From positions 16,376 through 80,375 of the forward strand of contig CADCJW010000001.1 of NCBI GenBank assembly GCA_902801845.1: DNA of 64,000 nucleotides. The letters run 5' to 3'. This document shows, piece by piece, positions 27,960 through 37,357 of the stretch; position 1 is the stretch's first letter, and each line of letters opens with the position of its first letter. The position numbers were made by a program, and so were the translations under genes. This DNA comes from an uncultured Eubacteriales bacterium (GTDB lineage: Bacteria > Bacillota > Clostridia > Christensenellales > CAG-138). The notes under the pieces are model-generated. The model did no database searches. It was given only the letters and a program-made list of their open reading frames with translations, and was not told the DNA's origin.

Positions 27960-29888
27960 ATGGCGATCGTGAATGTAGTACAGGTACGGAAGGAGTTCTC
28001 CGAACGGGTTCTTTTTTCCGACATATCCTTTGAGATCGGGCCGAGGGATCATATCGGCCTTATTGGCGTAAACGGATGCGGAAAGTCCACCCTTGTCCAC
28101 ATGATACAGGGGCTCGTTTCGCCGGACGCCGGATATATCTCTATCGACCCAAGGTGTACCGTGGCCTCCGTGGAGCAGCTGCCCCAGCTTTCTCAGGACG
28201 TGACGCTGTATGATTTCGTCTTGGAAGCCCATGCGGAGCTTCTTAGCTGGGAAAGGGAGCTGGAAACCATCGTCGCCCGCTTGGAAACGGTGGACGGTCA
28301 GGAACGGCAGCGGCTCATCGAGCGTCAGGATCGGTGCATGGAACGGTTCCAACGGGAGGGAGGGCTTACCTTCCGCAACATGACCCGGTCGGCTTTGCTG
28401 GGCCTGGGCTTCACCGAGGAGGAGCTCATAAAGCCCATCGTGCAGTTCAGCGGCGGACAGGTGGCGAAGGCTATGCTGGCCCGGGCCATCCTGCGTAAGG
28501 CGGATCTGCTGCTGCTGGACGAGCCCACCAACAACCTGGACGTGGCGGCGGTATGCTATCTGCAGGAGTTTTTGAGCGGCTATAAGGGAGCCTATGTGCT
28601 GGTCTCCCACGACCGCGCCTTTTTGGATGCTTCCGTGGATCGGGTGCTGGAGCTGGAAAACGGCCACCTGATCGCCACCCGGGGCAACTACACCCGCCAT
28701 GTGGAGCTGAAGATGGACGAGCGACAGATCGCCGCCCGTCGCTATCAGCAGACCATGAAGGAGATACGCCGCATCGAGGGCATCATCGCCCAGCAGCGCC
28801 GCTGGAACCAGGCCAGGAACTATGTGACCATCGCCTCCAAGGAGAAGCAGATCGAACGGCTCAAGGAGGGATTGGTTCCGCCGGAAAAGGACCCGTCGGC
28901 CATCCATTTTCATTTCAGGGGCGCGGAGCCTTCCGGCAACGAGATCATCGACGTGCGGGATCTGGGCGTGTCCTATGGGGATAAAAAGGTGTTTAAGCAC
29001 GGGAATCTGCTCATTTGGAAGGGGCAGACCGTCTGTCTCGTGGGGGCCAACGGCTGCGGCAAGTCCACCTTTTTGAAAGTGCTGACGGGGGAGCTTATGC
29101 CCTCGGAAGGCCATTTCCGCCTGGGAGCAGGGGTGCGGCTTGGGTACTTCCAGCAGGGCACCGACGATTTCGATCCCCAAAACACCATCCTGGGAGAGAT
29201 GCAGGATGCCTTCCCCCATGCCACGGAAGGGGAGCTGCGGAACTATCTGGGGGCGTTCCTGTTTAGAGGGGACGATATCTATAAAAAGATCTCCGCTCTT
29301 TCCGGAGGGGAGCGGGCCAGGATCAAGCTTTTGCAGCTTGTGTTGGGCGGGGTCAACGTGTTGTTGCTGGACGAGCCCACCAACCATTTCGACATCGCCA
29401 GCTGCGAGGTGCTGGAACGGGCCCTGGAATCCTTCGGCGGAACGGTGCTCATCGTGACCCACGACCGGTATCTGGTGGAGCGCATCGCGGATCGGGTGGT
29501 GCTGCTGGAGCCCACGGGCTTTGTGGAGCCGGAGGAGGACGGATCCGAGATATTCGAGCGGCTGCGGATGAACCGAGTCCAACGGCCGGAGAAGCAGCGC
29601 TCGGTGAATCAGGACAATTACTATCAGCGGCAAAAGGAGTTCAAAGCTGCCTTGGCCGCCGCCAAGCAGGATGTCCAGAAGGCGGAGCGGGCCATAGAGG
29701 AAAACGAAAGAGCTCAATCCTTGGCGGCAAGCGATATCGCTGACGCGGAGCATCGTGGCGCTTTTGAGGACATGCAGCGGCTGTGCGTGCGCCTCGGGGA
29801 GCTTCAGGACGAAGAAAGCCGCTTGTATGAGGCGCTGGAACGAGCCGAAAATGAGAGAGCGCGGTTGGAAAAGGAGGGAGAGGCATGA
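27960..29888 (+). CDS. ABC-F family ATPase (Uup/YfmR-like) with C-terminal coiled coil
   Basis: Two cassettes: GVNGCGKST/LSGGQ/LLLLDEPTN and GANGCGKST/LSGGE/VLLLDEPTN. No TM domain. Start moved to MAIVNVV. Confidence 0.85.
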   Translation: MAIVNVVQVRKEFSERVLFSDISFEIGPRDHIGLIGVNGCGKSTLVHMIQGLVSPDAGYISIDPRCTVASVEQLPQLSQDVTLYDFVLEAHAELLSWERELETIVARLETVDGQERQRLIERQDRCMERFQREGGLTFRNMTRSALLGLGFTEEELIKPIVQFSGGQVAKAMLARAILRKADLLLLDEPTNNLDVAAVCYLQEFLSGYKGAYVLVSHDRAFLDASVDRVLELENGHLIATRGNYTRHVELKMDERQIAARRYQQTMKEIRRIEGIIAQQRRWNQARNYVTIASKEKQIERLKEGLVPPEKDPSAIHFHFRGAEPSGNEIIDVRDLGVSYGDKKVFKHGNLLIWKGQTVCLVGANGCGKSTFLKVLTGELMPSEGHFRLGAGVRLGYFQQGTDDFDPQNTILGEMQDAFPHATEGELRNYLGAFLFRGDDIYKKISALSGGERARIKLLQLVLGGVNVLLLDEPTNHFDIASCEVLERALESFGGTVLIVTHDRYLVERIADRVVLLEPTGFVEPEEDGSEIFERLRMNRVQRPEKQRSVNQDNYYQRQKEFKAALAAAKQDVQKAERAIEENERAQSLAASDIADAEHRGAFEDMQRLCVRLGELQDEESRLYEALERAENERARLEKEGEA

Positions 29889-30895
29889 ATTGGGGCGGAT
29901 TCCCCATTGGATTCAGGTTCCCGGTGCAGGATTTTTCCTGGGAGACCAAGAAGCGGTGCTGGTCCTACGTGCTGCCTGCCCTGGTATATGCGGACCTGAC
30001 GGACTGCACGCTGCAGGAGGCGGAGTCGGCGGAGCTATTCGATCCAGACCGGCTCGTCTATATCGCCGTGATCAGCCCCAAAAAGATCCCCATTAACCGT
30101 AAGAACGGCCTTTTATGGCGTCAGGACGGGCGGCTCATGAGCGCCATCACCCTGTATGAGCCTGCAGTCCAGGAAAACTATTTGGAGCTGTACACGAAGC
30201 CCAAGGTTCTTGCGGATATCACAGCGGACAGGGCCGTCGTTCCCCGGGAAGGGGGCGAATGCCTATTCCCGAGCCGCATCGAAAGCAAGCCCAAAGCGCT
30301 CTTCCACCACAGGGCTCTGATCCTGCCTAAGGGGGAGCTGCCTTATCCGGAACGGGAGACCTTGTGCCGCAAAGCCATGGAACAGCTCTATGCAAACGAC
30401 GACGGGCTATACCTTAACATGTTGCCCCTTTCCCCAGGCGGCCAGGGTGCGGTCTATACGGCGGCCGCCTTCCAGCATGGGCGCATCTTTTCCGAAATGA
30501 TCCCGGACGCAACCGGGGAAAAGCATCTCTGCTTCTTCGGTGTGCTGCCGGGGCGGAGGCTCCTCATCGACGGATTCTCCGTGCCGGATATAAGCGCGCC
30601 TCTGTGCGAAGACTATGGCCTTGGCAAGGCCATACGCCTTTCAAAGGAACGGGGATTCACGGATATCCATCTTTGCGCCACAGGGCTGGACGTGCCTCCC
30701 TGCGGTGTGGACAAAACAGAGGACATCGAGGAGCTGTACGCTCTTTCTAAGTACCTGCCCCTGTATGACAGGGTGATCCTGACCGAATACGGTCCGGACG
30801 GACAGATCAAGACGGAGACCATAGACATCGACAGGAGGGATCCAGCATGCGTATCGTCGATATTATCGAAAAGAAGCGGGATGGCGAAGAGCTGA
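29885..30895 (+). CDS. hypothetical protein (336 aa), no recognisable motif
   Basis: Long ORF with host-like codon usage. ATGA overlap with the ABC-F stop and a 49-nt overlap with the pdp start. Confidence 0.5.
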   Translation: MNWGGFPIGFRFPVQDFSWETKKRCWSYVLPALVYADLTDCTLQEAESAELFDPDRLVYIAVISPKKIPINRKNGLLWRQDGRLMSAITLYEPAVQENYLELYTKPKVLADITADRAVVPREGGECLFPSRIESKPKALFHHRALILPKGELPYPERETLCRKAMEQLYANDDGLYLNMLPLSPGGQGAVYTAAAFQHGRIFSEMIPDATGEKHLCFFGVLPGRRLLIDGFSVPDISAPLCEDYGLGKAIRLSKERGFTDIHLCATGLDVPPCGVDKTEDIEELYALSKYLPLYDRVILTEYGPDGQIKTETIDIDRRDPACVSSILSKRSGMAKS

Positions 30896-32166
30896 ACCGG
30901 GAGCAGATCGAAGCGCTCATCCTGGGCTATGTGAAGGGCCAGGTGCCGGATTACCAGGTGGCCGCCTTTTTGATGGCCGTGGTGTTTCGGGGCATGACCG
31001 ATCGGGAGACTGCCATCCTCACCGACGTAATGATGCACAGCGGCGATACCGTGGATTTATCTTCATTGCCAGGGATAAAGGTGGATAAACACTCCACCGG
31101 CGGCGTGGGCGATACCACGACCCTGATCGTGGCACCGCTGGTGGCTGCCTGCGGCGGCACGGTTGCCAAGATGTCTGGCCGGGGCCTTGGTCATACCGGC
31201 GGGACGCTGGATAAGCTGGAATCCATCCCCGGGGTGAACATCGAGCAGCCCCTGGATCGATTCATGGACATCGTTCGCAGGATCAATCTTGCGGTCATCG
31301 GCCAATCGGGGAATCTGGTCCCTGCCGATAAGAAGCTTTATGCCATGCGGGATGTGACAGCCACCATCGGCAGCACGCCCCTCATCGCTTCCAGCATCAT
31401 GAGCAAGAAGCTGGCCGCCGGTGCGGATGCCATCGTGCTGGACGTAAAGGTGGGCTCCGGCGCCTTCATGCACACGGTGGAGGACGCAAAGAAGCTGGCT
31501 TCCCTGATGGTCCGCATCGGGGACCATTTGGGACGCCGGTGCGAGGCCATCATCACCGATATGAACCAGCCGCTTGGCCTCGCCGTGGGCAATGCCCTGG
31601 AGGTCCAGGAGGCGGTGAACGTGCTCTCCGGCCTGGTCCCGGAGGAGGAACCGTTGGTCCAGGTGAGCTTGCTTCTGGGCGCCCATATGCTCCTGCTCAG
31701 CAACCTTGCTTCCACCGAGGAGGAGGGGAAGGAAAAGCTTTTGCAGGCCCTTCGCAGCGGCGCAGGTTTGGAAAAGCTTCGCCAAATGATCGCTGCCCTG
31801 GGCGGCGACCCTGCCTATATCGACGCGGAACGGATCAAGGAGCTTTGTCGGGTAAATCGTCTGGTGGAGGTTTATCCCCTGCAGGATGGCTTCCTTGCCG
31901 GTTTAGAGGCGGAGAAGATCGGTATCGCCTCCCAGATGCTGGGGGCGGGCCGCGCCAAAAAGGAGGATACGATCGACCCCGCCGTGGGCCTCATCATGCA
32001 TAGGCGGGTGGGAGATCGGCTGTCCACCGGAGAGCCCTTCTGCACCTTGTATGTGAACGATGAGACCCATCTTGAAGAGGCCGTCGCCCTGCTCCACGAG
32101 AGCATGACCATCTCTTCGGAAAAGCCGGCGTCGGCGCCCCTCGTGTATGCCATCGTAAAGGAGTGA
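30847..32166 (+). CDS. pdp: pyrimidine-nucleoside (thymidine) phosphorylase
   Basis: MRIVDIIEKKRDGEEL, KHSTGGVGD and SGRGLGHTGGTLDKLE. Confidence 0.9.
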   Translation: MRIVDIIEKKRDGEELNREQIEALILGYVKGQVPDYQVAAFLMAVVFRGMTDRETAILTDVMMHSGDTVDLSSLPGIKVDKHSTGGVGDTTTLIVAPLVAACGGTVAKMSGRGLGHTGGTLDKLESIPGVNIEQPLDRFMDIVRRINLAVIGQSGNLVPADKKLYAMRDVTATIGSTPLIASSIMSKKLAAGADAIVLDVKVGSGAFMHTVEDAKKLASLMVRIGDHLGRRCEAIITDMNQPLGLAVGNALEVQEAVNVLSGLVPEEEPLVQVSLLLGAHMLLLSNLASTEEEGKEKLLQALRSGAGLEKLRQMIAALGGDPAYIDAERIKELCRVNRLVEVYPLQDGFLAGLEAEKIGIASQMLGAGRAKKEDTIDPAVGLIMHRRVGDRLSTGEPFCTLYVNDETHLEEAVALLHESMTISSEKPASAPLVYAIVKE

Positions 32167-32168
32167 GC

Positions 32169-34724
32169 ATGGAGCATCCCTTCATCGTCATCGACGGAAA
32201 CAGCTTGATGTATCGGGCCTTCTTCGCCCTGCAGACGCCTATGTCCAGCCGAGACGGCACGCCAACCGGCGCCCTCTACGGCTTTTTGGGCATGCTTCTC
32301 AAGCTGGTGGATCGGGAACCCAGCCATATGGCCGTGGCCTTCGATGTACACGGGCCCACCTTCCGCCATCTCAAATATGACGAATACAAGGCCGGCCGTC
32401 GGCCAACGCCGGACGATCTTCGGACCCAGATGCCCATTCTGAAGGACATTTTGCGGGAGATGGGGATCGCCGTGGTGGAGTGTCCCTCCTATGAGGCGGA
32501 CGACATCTTGGGAACCCTGTCCCGCCGGGCCGAGCGGGCTGGATTAAACGCGCTGCTGGTGACCGGGGATCGGGACGCCTTGCAGCTCACCACGGACCAT
32601 ACCCATGTGCTGCTCACGAAAAAGGGCATCACGGATACGGTGGAATATGACCCAGAAACCTTGAAGGAAGCCTATGGGCTCACACCGGACCATATGAAGG
32701 ACCTGAAGGCCCTCATGGGGGATTCCTCCGACAACATCCCGGGCGTGCCTGGCGTGGGGGAGAAGACGGCTCTGAAGCTGCTGGAAAGCTACGGCGATCT
32801 AAACGGGGTGTATGCCCATCAGGACGAGATCAAGGGGAAGCTGGGGGAGCGGGTGCGGGAAAACGAAGCCTCCGCCCGCCTAAGCTACTGGCTGGGCACC
32901 ATCGAGACCGCTGCCCCGGTGGAGATCTCTCTGCAGGATTGCCTGTTCTCCAAGGAAAAACTTTCCGGGGCTCGGGATACCCTGGAGCGGCTGGGGCTAA
33001 GGAGCATCCTGTCCCGCCTGCCGGAGAGCGAGGAGAAGAAGCCAGAGACGAAAGCTGCCCCCCGCGAGATCGTGGAGCTGACGACCCTAAAACAGGTCAA
33101 AGAGATTGCTCTTGCTCATGAACGGGCAAGCACCCTCGCTTTGATCATTTCCCCGGGCTTTTCCTTTGCCTACGACGAGGAGACCTCCTATTCGGTGCTC
33201 TTGGGGGAGACCCTGTTTGACGAGCCCGTCACCCGAAAGGAGCTGATGGAGGCGCTGTTCCATGGCGCGCGCCAAGATGTGCTGACCTTCGATAAGAAGG
33301 CGCTGCTCCATGCCTGGCAGGAGGATGGGATCGAGGCGCGGCCCATCCTGTTCGACGCCATGATCGCCGACTATCTGCTCAACAGCAACCACCCGGTGGA
33401 CAGCTTTGCCGCCCTCTGCTACGAGCGGTTAAACAGCAAAACCCCTACGGCGGGGCTCCTGTTCCCCCTTCGAGAGCGAATGGAGCGGGAGCTCAACGAC
33501 AATGGCATGCGGTTTCTCTACGACGAGGTGGAGATGCCTCTTTCGGACGTTCTCTTTCACATGGAGTCGGAGGGATTTGCCCTGGATAGAGCGGTGCTTT
33601 CCCAGCTCCACGAATCCTTCTCGAAGCGGCAAGCCGAGCTGACCGAACGGATATACGAGTTGGCAGGGGAGCGGTTCAACATCCTGTCCACCAAGCAGCT
33701 GGGTACCGTCCTCTTTGAAAAACTGGGCCTTCCGCCCCAAAAGAAGATCAAATCCGGCTACTCCACGGACAGCGATACCCTGGAGGCCCTGAAGGACAGG
33801 CATCCCATCGTGCCGCTCATCATGGACTATCGGTTCGTGGCCAAGGTGGACGCCACCTTCGTGGAGGGGCTGCTCAAGAGCATCGGGACGGACGGCCGGG
33901 TCCACACCAGCTTCAAGCAGTGCGTGACCGCCACGGGCCGCATCTCCAGCGCTGAGCCCAATCTGCAGAATATCCCGGTCCGCACCGCGGAGGGACGGGA
34001 GATCCGCAAGGCCTTCGTGGCCTCCCCGGGAAACGTGCTGGTGGGTGCGGACTATTCCCAGATCGAGCTTAGGCTCCTCGCCCACATCAGCGGCGACGAA
34101 AATCTGATCGACGCCTTCAACTCCGGGGCGGACATCCATCGGCGCACGGCGGCTGAGGTGTTCCACACCCCCTTCGAGGAAGTGACCAAGGAGCAGCGCA
34201 GCGCTGCGAAGGCCGTCAATTTCGGCATCGTGTACGGGATATCCGACTTTGGCCTCGCTCAAAATTTGGGCATCCCCGTCAAGACTGCCGGCAGCTACAT
34301 CCGTCGGTACTTCGAGCGGTATCCCGGTGTGCAGGCATACATGAAGAACACCGTGGCCGCGGCCAAGGAGCTGGGCTATGCCGAAACCATCTACGGCCGG
34401 CGTCGCCCCATGCCGGAGCTCAAAAGCGGCAACTACAACACCCGCAGCTTCGGAGAGCGGGTGGCCATGAACATGCCCATCCAGGGCAGCGCGGCCGACA
34501 TCATCAAGATCGCCATGGTCCGGGTGGAACGGGCTTTGCGGGAAGCCGGGCTCAAGGGCCGGCTGGTGCTCCAGATCCACGACGAGCTGATCGTGGACGC
34601 ACCGGCAGATGAGGCAAAAGCCGTCGCGGACCTGATGGAATCCTGCATGGAGAACGTTGCCCAACTGAAGGTAAAGCTTATCGCGGAGGCAGCTCGGGGC
34701 AACAGCTGGTTCGATACGAAATGA
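32169..34724 (+). CDS. polA: DNA polymerase I
   Basis: 5'-nuclease domain DGNSLMYRAFFAL. Polymerase motifs ADYSQIELR, RSAAKAVNFGIVYG and QIHDELIV. ATG at 32169, 5 nt after AGGAG. Confidence 0.92.
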   Translation: MEHPFIVIDGNSLMYRAFFALQTPMSSRDGTPTGALYGFLGMLLKLVDREPSHMAVAFDVHGPTFRHLKYDEYKAGRRPTPDDLRTQMPILKDILREMGIAVVECPSYEADDILGTLSRRAERAGLNALLVTGDRDALQLTTDHTHVLLTKKGITDTVEYDPETLKEAYGLTPDHMKDLKALMGDSSDNIPGVPGVGEKTALKLLESYGDLNGVYAHQDEIKGKLGERVRENEASARLSYWLGTIETAAPVEISLQDCLFSKEKLSGARDTLERLGLRSILSRLPESEEKKPETKAAPREIVELTTLKQVKEIALAHERASTLALIISPGFSFAYDEETSYSVLLGETLFDEPVTRKELMEALFHGARQDVLTFDKKALLHAWQEDGIEARPILFDAMIADYLLNSNHPVDSFAALCYERLNSKTPTAGLLFPLRERMERELNDNGMRFLYDEVEMPLSDVLFHMESEGFALDRAVLSQLHESFSKRQAELTERIYELAGERFNILSTKQLGTVLFEKLGLPPQKKIKSGYSTDSDTLEALKDRHPIVPLIMDYRFVAKVDATFVEGLLKSIGTDGRVHTSFKQCVTATGRISSAEPNLQNIPVRTAEGREIRKAFVASPGNVLVGADYSQIELRLLAHISGDENLIDAFNSGADIHRRTAAEVFHTPFEEVTKEQRSAAKAVNFGIVYGISDFGLAQNLGIPVKTAGSYIRRYFERYPGVQAYMKNTVAAAKELGYAETIYGRRRPMPELKSGNYNTRSFGERVAMNMPIQGSAADIIKIAMVRVERALREAGLKGRLVLQIHDELIVDAPADEAKAVADLMESCMENVAQLKVKLIAEAARGNSWFDTK

Positions 34725-35338
34725 GCGCCTATGCACCCATCGGCCTGACGGGAGGGATCGCCTCTGGGAAGTCCACCGTGGCAGAGCTGCTGCGGGGCTG
34801 GGGCTGCTTTTTAGCGGATGCGGATGAGATCTCCCGCCGTGCCCTGGATCCGGGCACCATCTGTTATGAGCAGACGGTGGACGCCTTTGGACAGGACATC
34901 CTGTGCCCGGACGGGACGGTGGATCGAAAGAAGGTGGCCGGGATCGTCTTCTCAAACGAGAAGGCCTTGGCGACCTTGAACGGCATCATTCACCCCTATG
35001 TGCGTCAACGGATGCGCGCTGCATCGGAGGCTGTCTTTGACCAGGACCCCGGGCGGCTCATCGTGTGGGACGTGCCGCTGCTGTTCGAATCCGGGTATGA
35101 CGCCGACGTAGCAAGGACTGTGGTGGTCACGGCCAGTCAAAAATTGCGGATCCAGCGGATCCGCATGCGGGACGGGGCCACTCGAGCGGAGGCGCTGCGT
35201 CGCATCCGATCCCAGATGCCGGATCGGGAAAAGGTCAGGCGGGCGGATTACGTGATTTCCAACAACGGAACCTTCGAGGAATTGGAAGCGAGGACGAGGA
35301 AAGTATTCGATGAACTCATGGAAACGATGGATCGATGA
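34721..35338 (+). CDS. coaE: dephospho-CoA kinase
   Basis: GLTGGIASGKST P-loop. ATGA overlap with polA. Confidence 0.9.
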   Translation: MSAYAPIGLTGGIASGKSTVAELLRGWGCFLADADEISRRALDPGTICYEQTVDAFGQDILCPDGTVDRKKVAGIVFSNEKALATLNGIIHPYVRQRMRAASEAVFDQDPGRLIVWDVPLLFESGYDADVARTVVVTASQKLRIQRIRMRDGATRAEALRRIRSQMPDREKVRRADYVISNNGTFEELEARTRKVFDELMETMDR

Positions 35339-35918
35339 GCATAAATTGATTTGTACCATCCTGGCGCTGGTGCTTCTTACAGCGCTGCTGGCCGGTTACT
35401 TTCTCTATGCCCGTCCGGCGCTGATCCGGTCGAAGTACAAGCTGGATTATCGGGAGCAAATATTGACCTCCTCCAAGGAGTTTGAGCTGGATCCCTATCT
35501 GGTTTGCGGCGTGATCTTCACGGAGAGCGGTTTTCGCCCTCAGGCCAAGAGCAACGTGGGCGCCCTCGGCTTGATGCAGCTTATGCCGACTACCGGCCTG
35601 GAGGAGGCGGAGCTGCTGGGTTTGGAGGGGATCACGGAGAGCATGCTGTCGGAGCCGGAGCTGAATATCCGTCTGGGCTGCTGCTATCTTCGAAAGCTTC
35701 TGGACGAATTCAAGAACGAAAGCGTAGCTTTGGCGGCCTACAACGCGGGCCCCGGCCGGACCCGGCAATGGCTGAAACAGTACGGCACCAAGGAGGACGG
35801 TTCCCTGATGTACATCCCGTATCCCGAAACCAACAAATACGTGGGCCGGGTCCAAAGCGCCAGGGGACTGTACGGAAAACTGTACCCGGATTTGGTGAAG
35901 CCGGGCGGAGAGGATTGA
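35310..35918 (+). CDS. lytic transglycosylase (SLT domain), membrane-anchored
   Basis: TESGFRP..SNVGALGLMQLMP and AAYNAGPG, with an N-terminal TM segment. Confidence 0.85.
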   Translation: MNSWKRWIDEHKLICTILALVLLTALLAGYFLYARPALIRSKYKLDYREQILTSSKEFELDPYLVCGVIFTESGFRPQAKSNVGALGLMQLMPTTGLEEAELLGLEGITESMLSEPELNIRLGCCYLRKLLDEFKNESVALAAYNAGPGRTRQWLKQYGTKEDGSLMYIPYPETNKYVGRVQSARGLYGKLYPDLVKPGGED

Positions 35919-35919
35919 C

Positions 35920-36426
35920 ATGGAAGTACTATTGGCGGCATTGATACTGATCCTGGATCAGGGGACGAAACTATGGGCGCACAGCGTCCTTCGCGCAAAG
36001 CCCCTGGTGCTGATCCCCGGCGCGCTGGAACTCACCTATTTGGAAAACCGCGGCGCGGTTTGGGGCCTTATGCAGGGATGGCGGATCGTCTTTTTGATCG
36101 CCACCTTCCTTTTCCTTGGCATCATGCTCTGGTTTTATATTCGAAAGAGGCGGGACATGTCCCTGTTGACGCGGATCATCTTGGTGTTGCTCTTTTCCGG
36201 CGCCGTGGGGAACCTGATCGATAGGTTGTTCCTCGGCTACGTGCGGGATATGATCTATTTCAGCCTCATCAACTTCCCCGTGTTCAACGTGGCGGACAGC
36301 GCCATTACCATCGCGGCCTGTCTCCTGATCCTGGAGACCTTCTTTGTGAAGTCTGGAAAGACCACATTCGATCTTTTGGGGACCTGCTTCTCCAAGAAGC
36401 CGGTTCAGGGTGCCGAGCATGAATAG
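35920..36426 (+). CDS. lspA: lipoprotein signal peptidase II
   Basis: LENRGAVWG, GNLIDR and FNVADSAI. Confidence 0.9.
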   Translation: MEVLLAALILILDQGTKLWAHSVLRAKPLVLIPGALELTYLENRGAVWGLMQGWRIVFLIATFLFLGIMLWFYIRKRRDMSLLTRIILVLLFSGAVGNLIDRLFLGYVRDMIYFSLINFPVFNVADSAITIAACLLILETFFVKSGKTTFDLLGTCFSKKPVQGAEHE

Positions 36427-37357
36427 CGAAGAGCTGTTCATCGCGGAAAAAGCGTATCGGCGGCTGGATCTGTGTCTTTCAGAGATGACGGAGCTGTCCC
36501 GTTCCCGAGCGCAAGCGCTGATAGAGGAGGGGCTCGTCACCCTCAATGACCGCCCCTGCCGCCAAAGCGACGGGGTAAAGCCCGGCGATGCGGTGCGGTA
36601 CGTTCTGCCGGAGGCGAAGCCCGTGGAACTTGTGCCCGAGGATATCCCTCTCGATATCCTATACGAGGATGAGGACCTGTGCGTGATCAACAAGCCGCGG
36701 GGCATGGTGGTCCATCCGGCGGTGGGCAATGAAAGCGGGACCCTGGTCAACGCTCTGCTCTATCATTTCGACGGCCTTTCCATCATCGGCGGGGAGGCCC
36801 GGCCCGGCATCGTCCATCGGATCGACAAGATGACCAGCGGCCTGCTGGTGGTGGCGAAGAACGACATGGCCCACGAGGGCCTTGCCCGCCAGTTTGCCGA
36901 CCATTCCGCCCATCGCAGCTATATCGCTCTCGTGGCCGGGAATATCAGGGAGGATACGGGCACGGTGGATGCGCCCATCGGCCGGCATCCCACGGAACGC
37001 AAGCGCATGGCCGTGGTGCCAAACGGACGCCGTGCCGTGACCCATTTTCGGGTGCTGTATCGGTTTTCATCGGTGACGCTGCTCTCCCTGGAGCTGGAGA
37101 CGGGCCGGACCCATCAGATCCGGGTCCATATGGCCCATATTCATCATCCTCTGGTGGGGGATAGCGTCTATTCCAGCGGTAAAAATGATCTGGGCATGGA
37201 GGGGCAGGCCCTCCACGGATGGCGGCTGCAGTTCACCCATCCCAAAACGGGGGAGCATATGGTCTTTCAGGCGCCTCTGCCGGAGGACATGCAGCGCGCT
37301 TTGAAGCGGCTGGGCTATCCGGGATCCCTTTCGTATCCCGGGGAGGAGGCGCTATGA
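36419..37357 (+). CDS. rluD: RluA-family 23S rRNA pseudouridine synthase (RluD-like)
   Basis: S4-like N-terminus, HRIDKMTSGLLVVAK and RTHQIRVH. lspA-rluD synteny. Confidence 0.88.
   Translation: MNSEELFIAEKAYRRLDLCLSEMTELSRSRAQALIEEGLVTLNDRPCRQSDGVKPGDAVRYVLPEAKPVELVPEDIPLDILYEDEDLCVINKPRGMVVHPAVGNESGTLVNALLYHFDGLSIIGGEARPGIVHRIDKMTSGLLVVAKNDMAHEGLARQFADHSAHRSYIALVAGNIREDTGTVDAPIGRHPTERKRMAVVPNGRRAVTHFRVLYRFSSVTLLSLELETGRTHQIRVHMAHIHHPLVGDSVYSSGKNDLGMEGQALHGWRLQFTHPKTGEHMVFQAPLPEDMQRALKRLGYPGSLSYPGEEAL

Noticed and set aside
27939-29753. 604-aa minus-strand ORF
   Set aside because: It is antisense to the ABC-F ATPase, which has two complete Walker A, signature and Walker B sets. The ORF itself has no motifs.
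33429-34955. 508-aa minus-strand ORF
   Set aside because: It is antisense to the polA polymerase domain and coaE, and has no motifs. The same reasoning applies to 19422..21005 (antisense to nfnB), 15253..16566 (antisense to mazG), 2509..3711 (antisense to the M28 peptidase), 21122..22297 (antisense to the CofE-like gene) and 56415..57797 (antisense to the histidine kinase).
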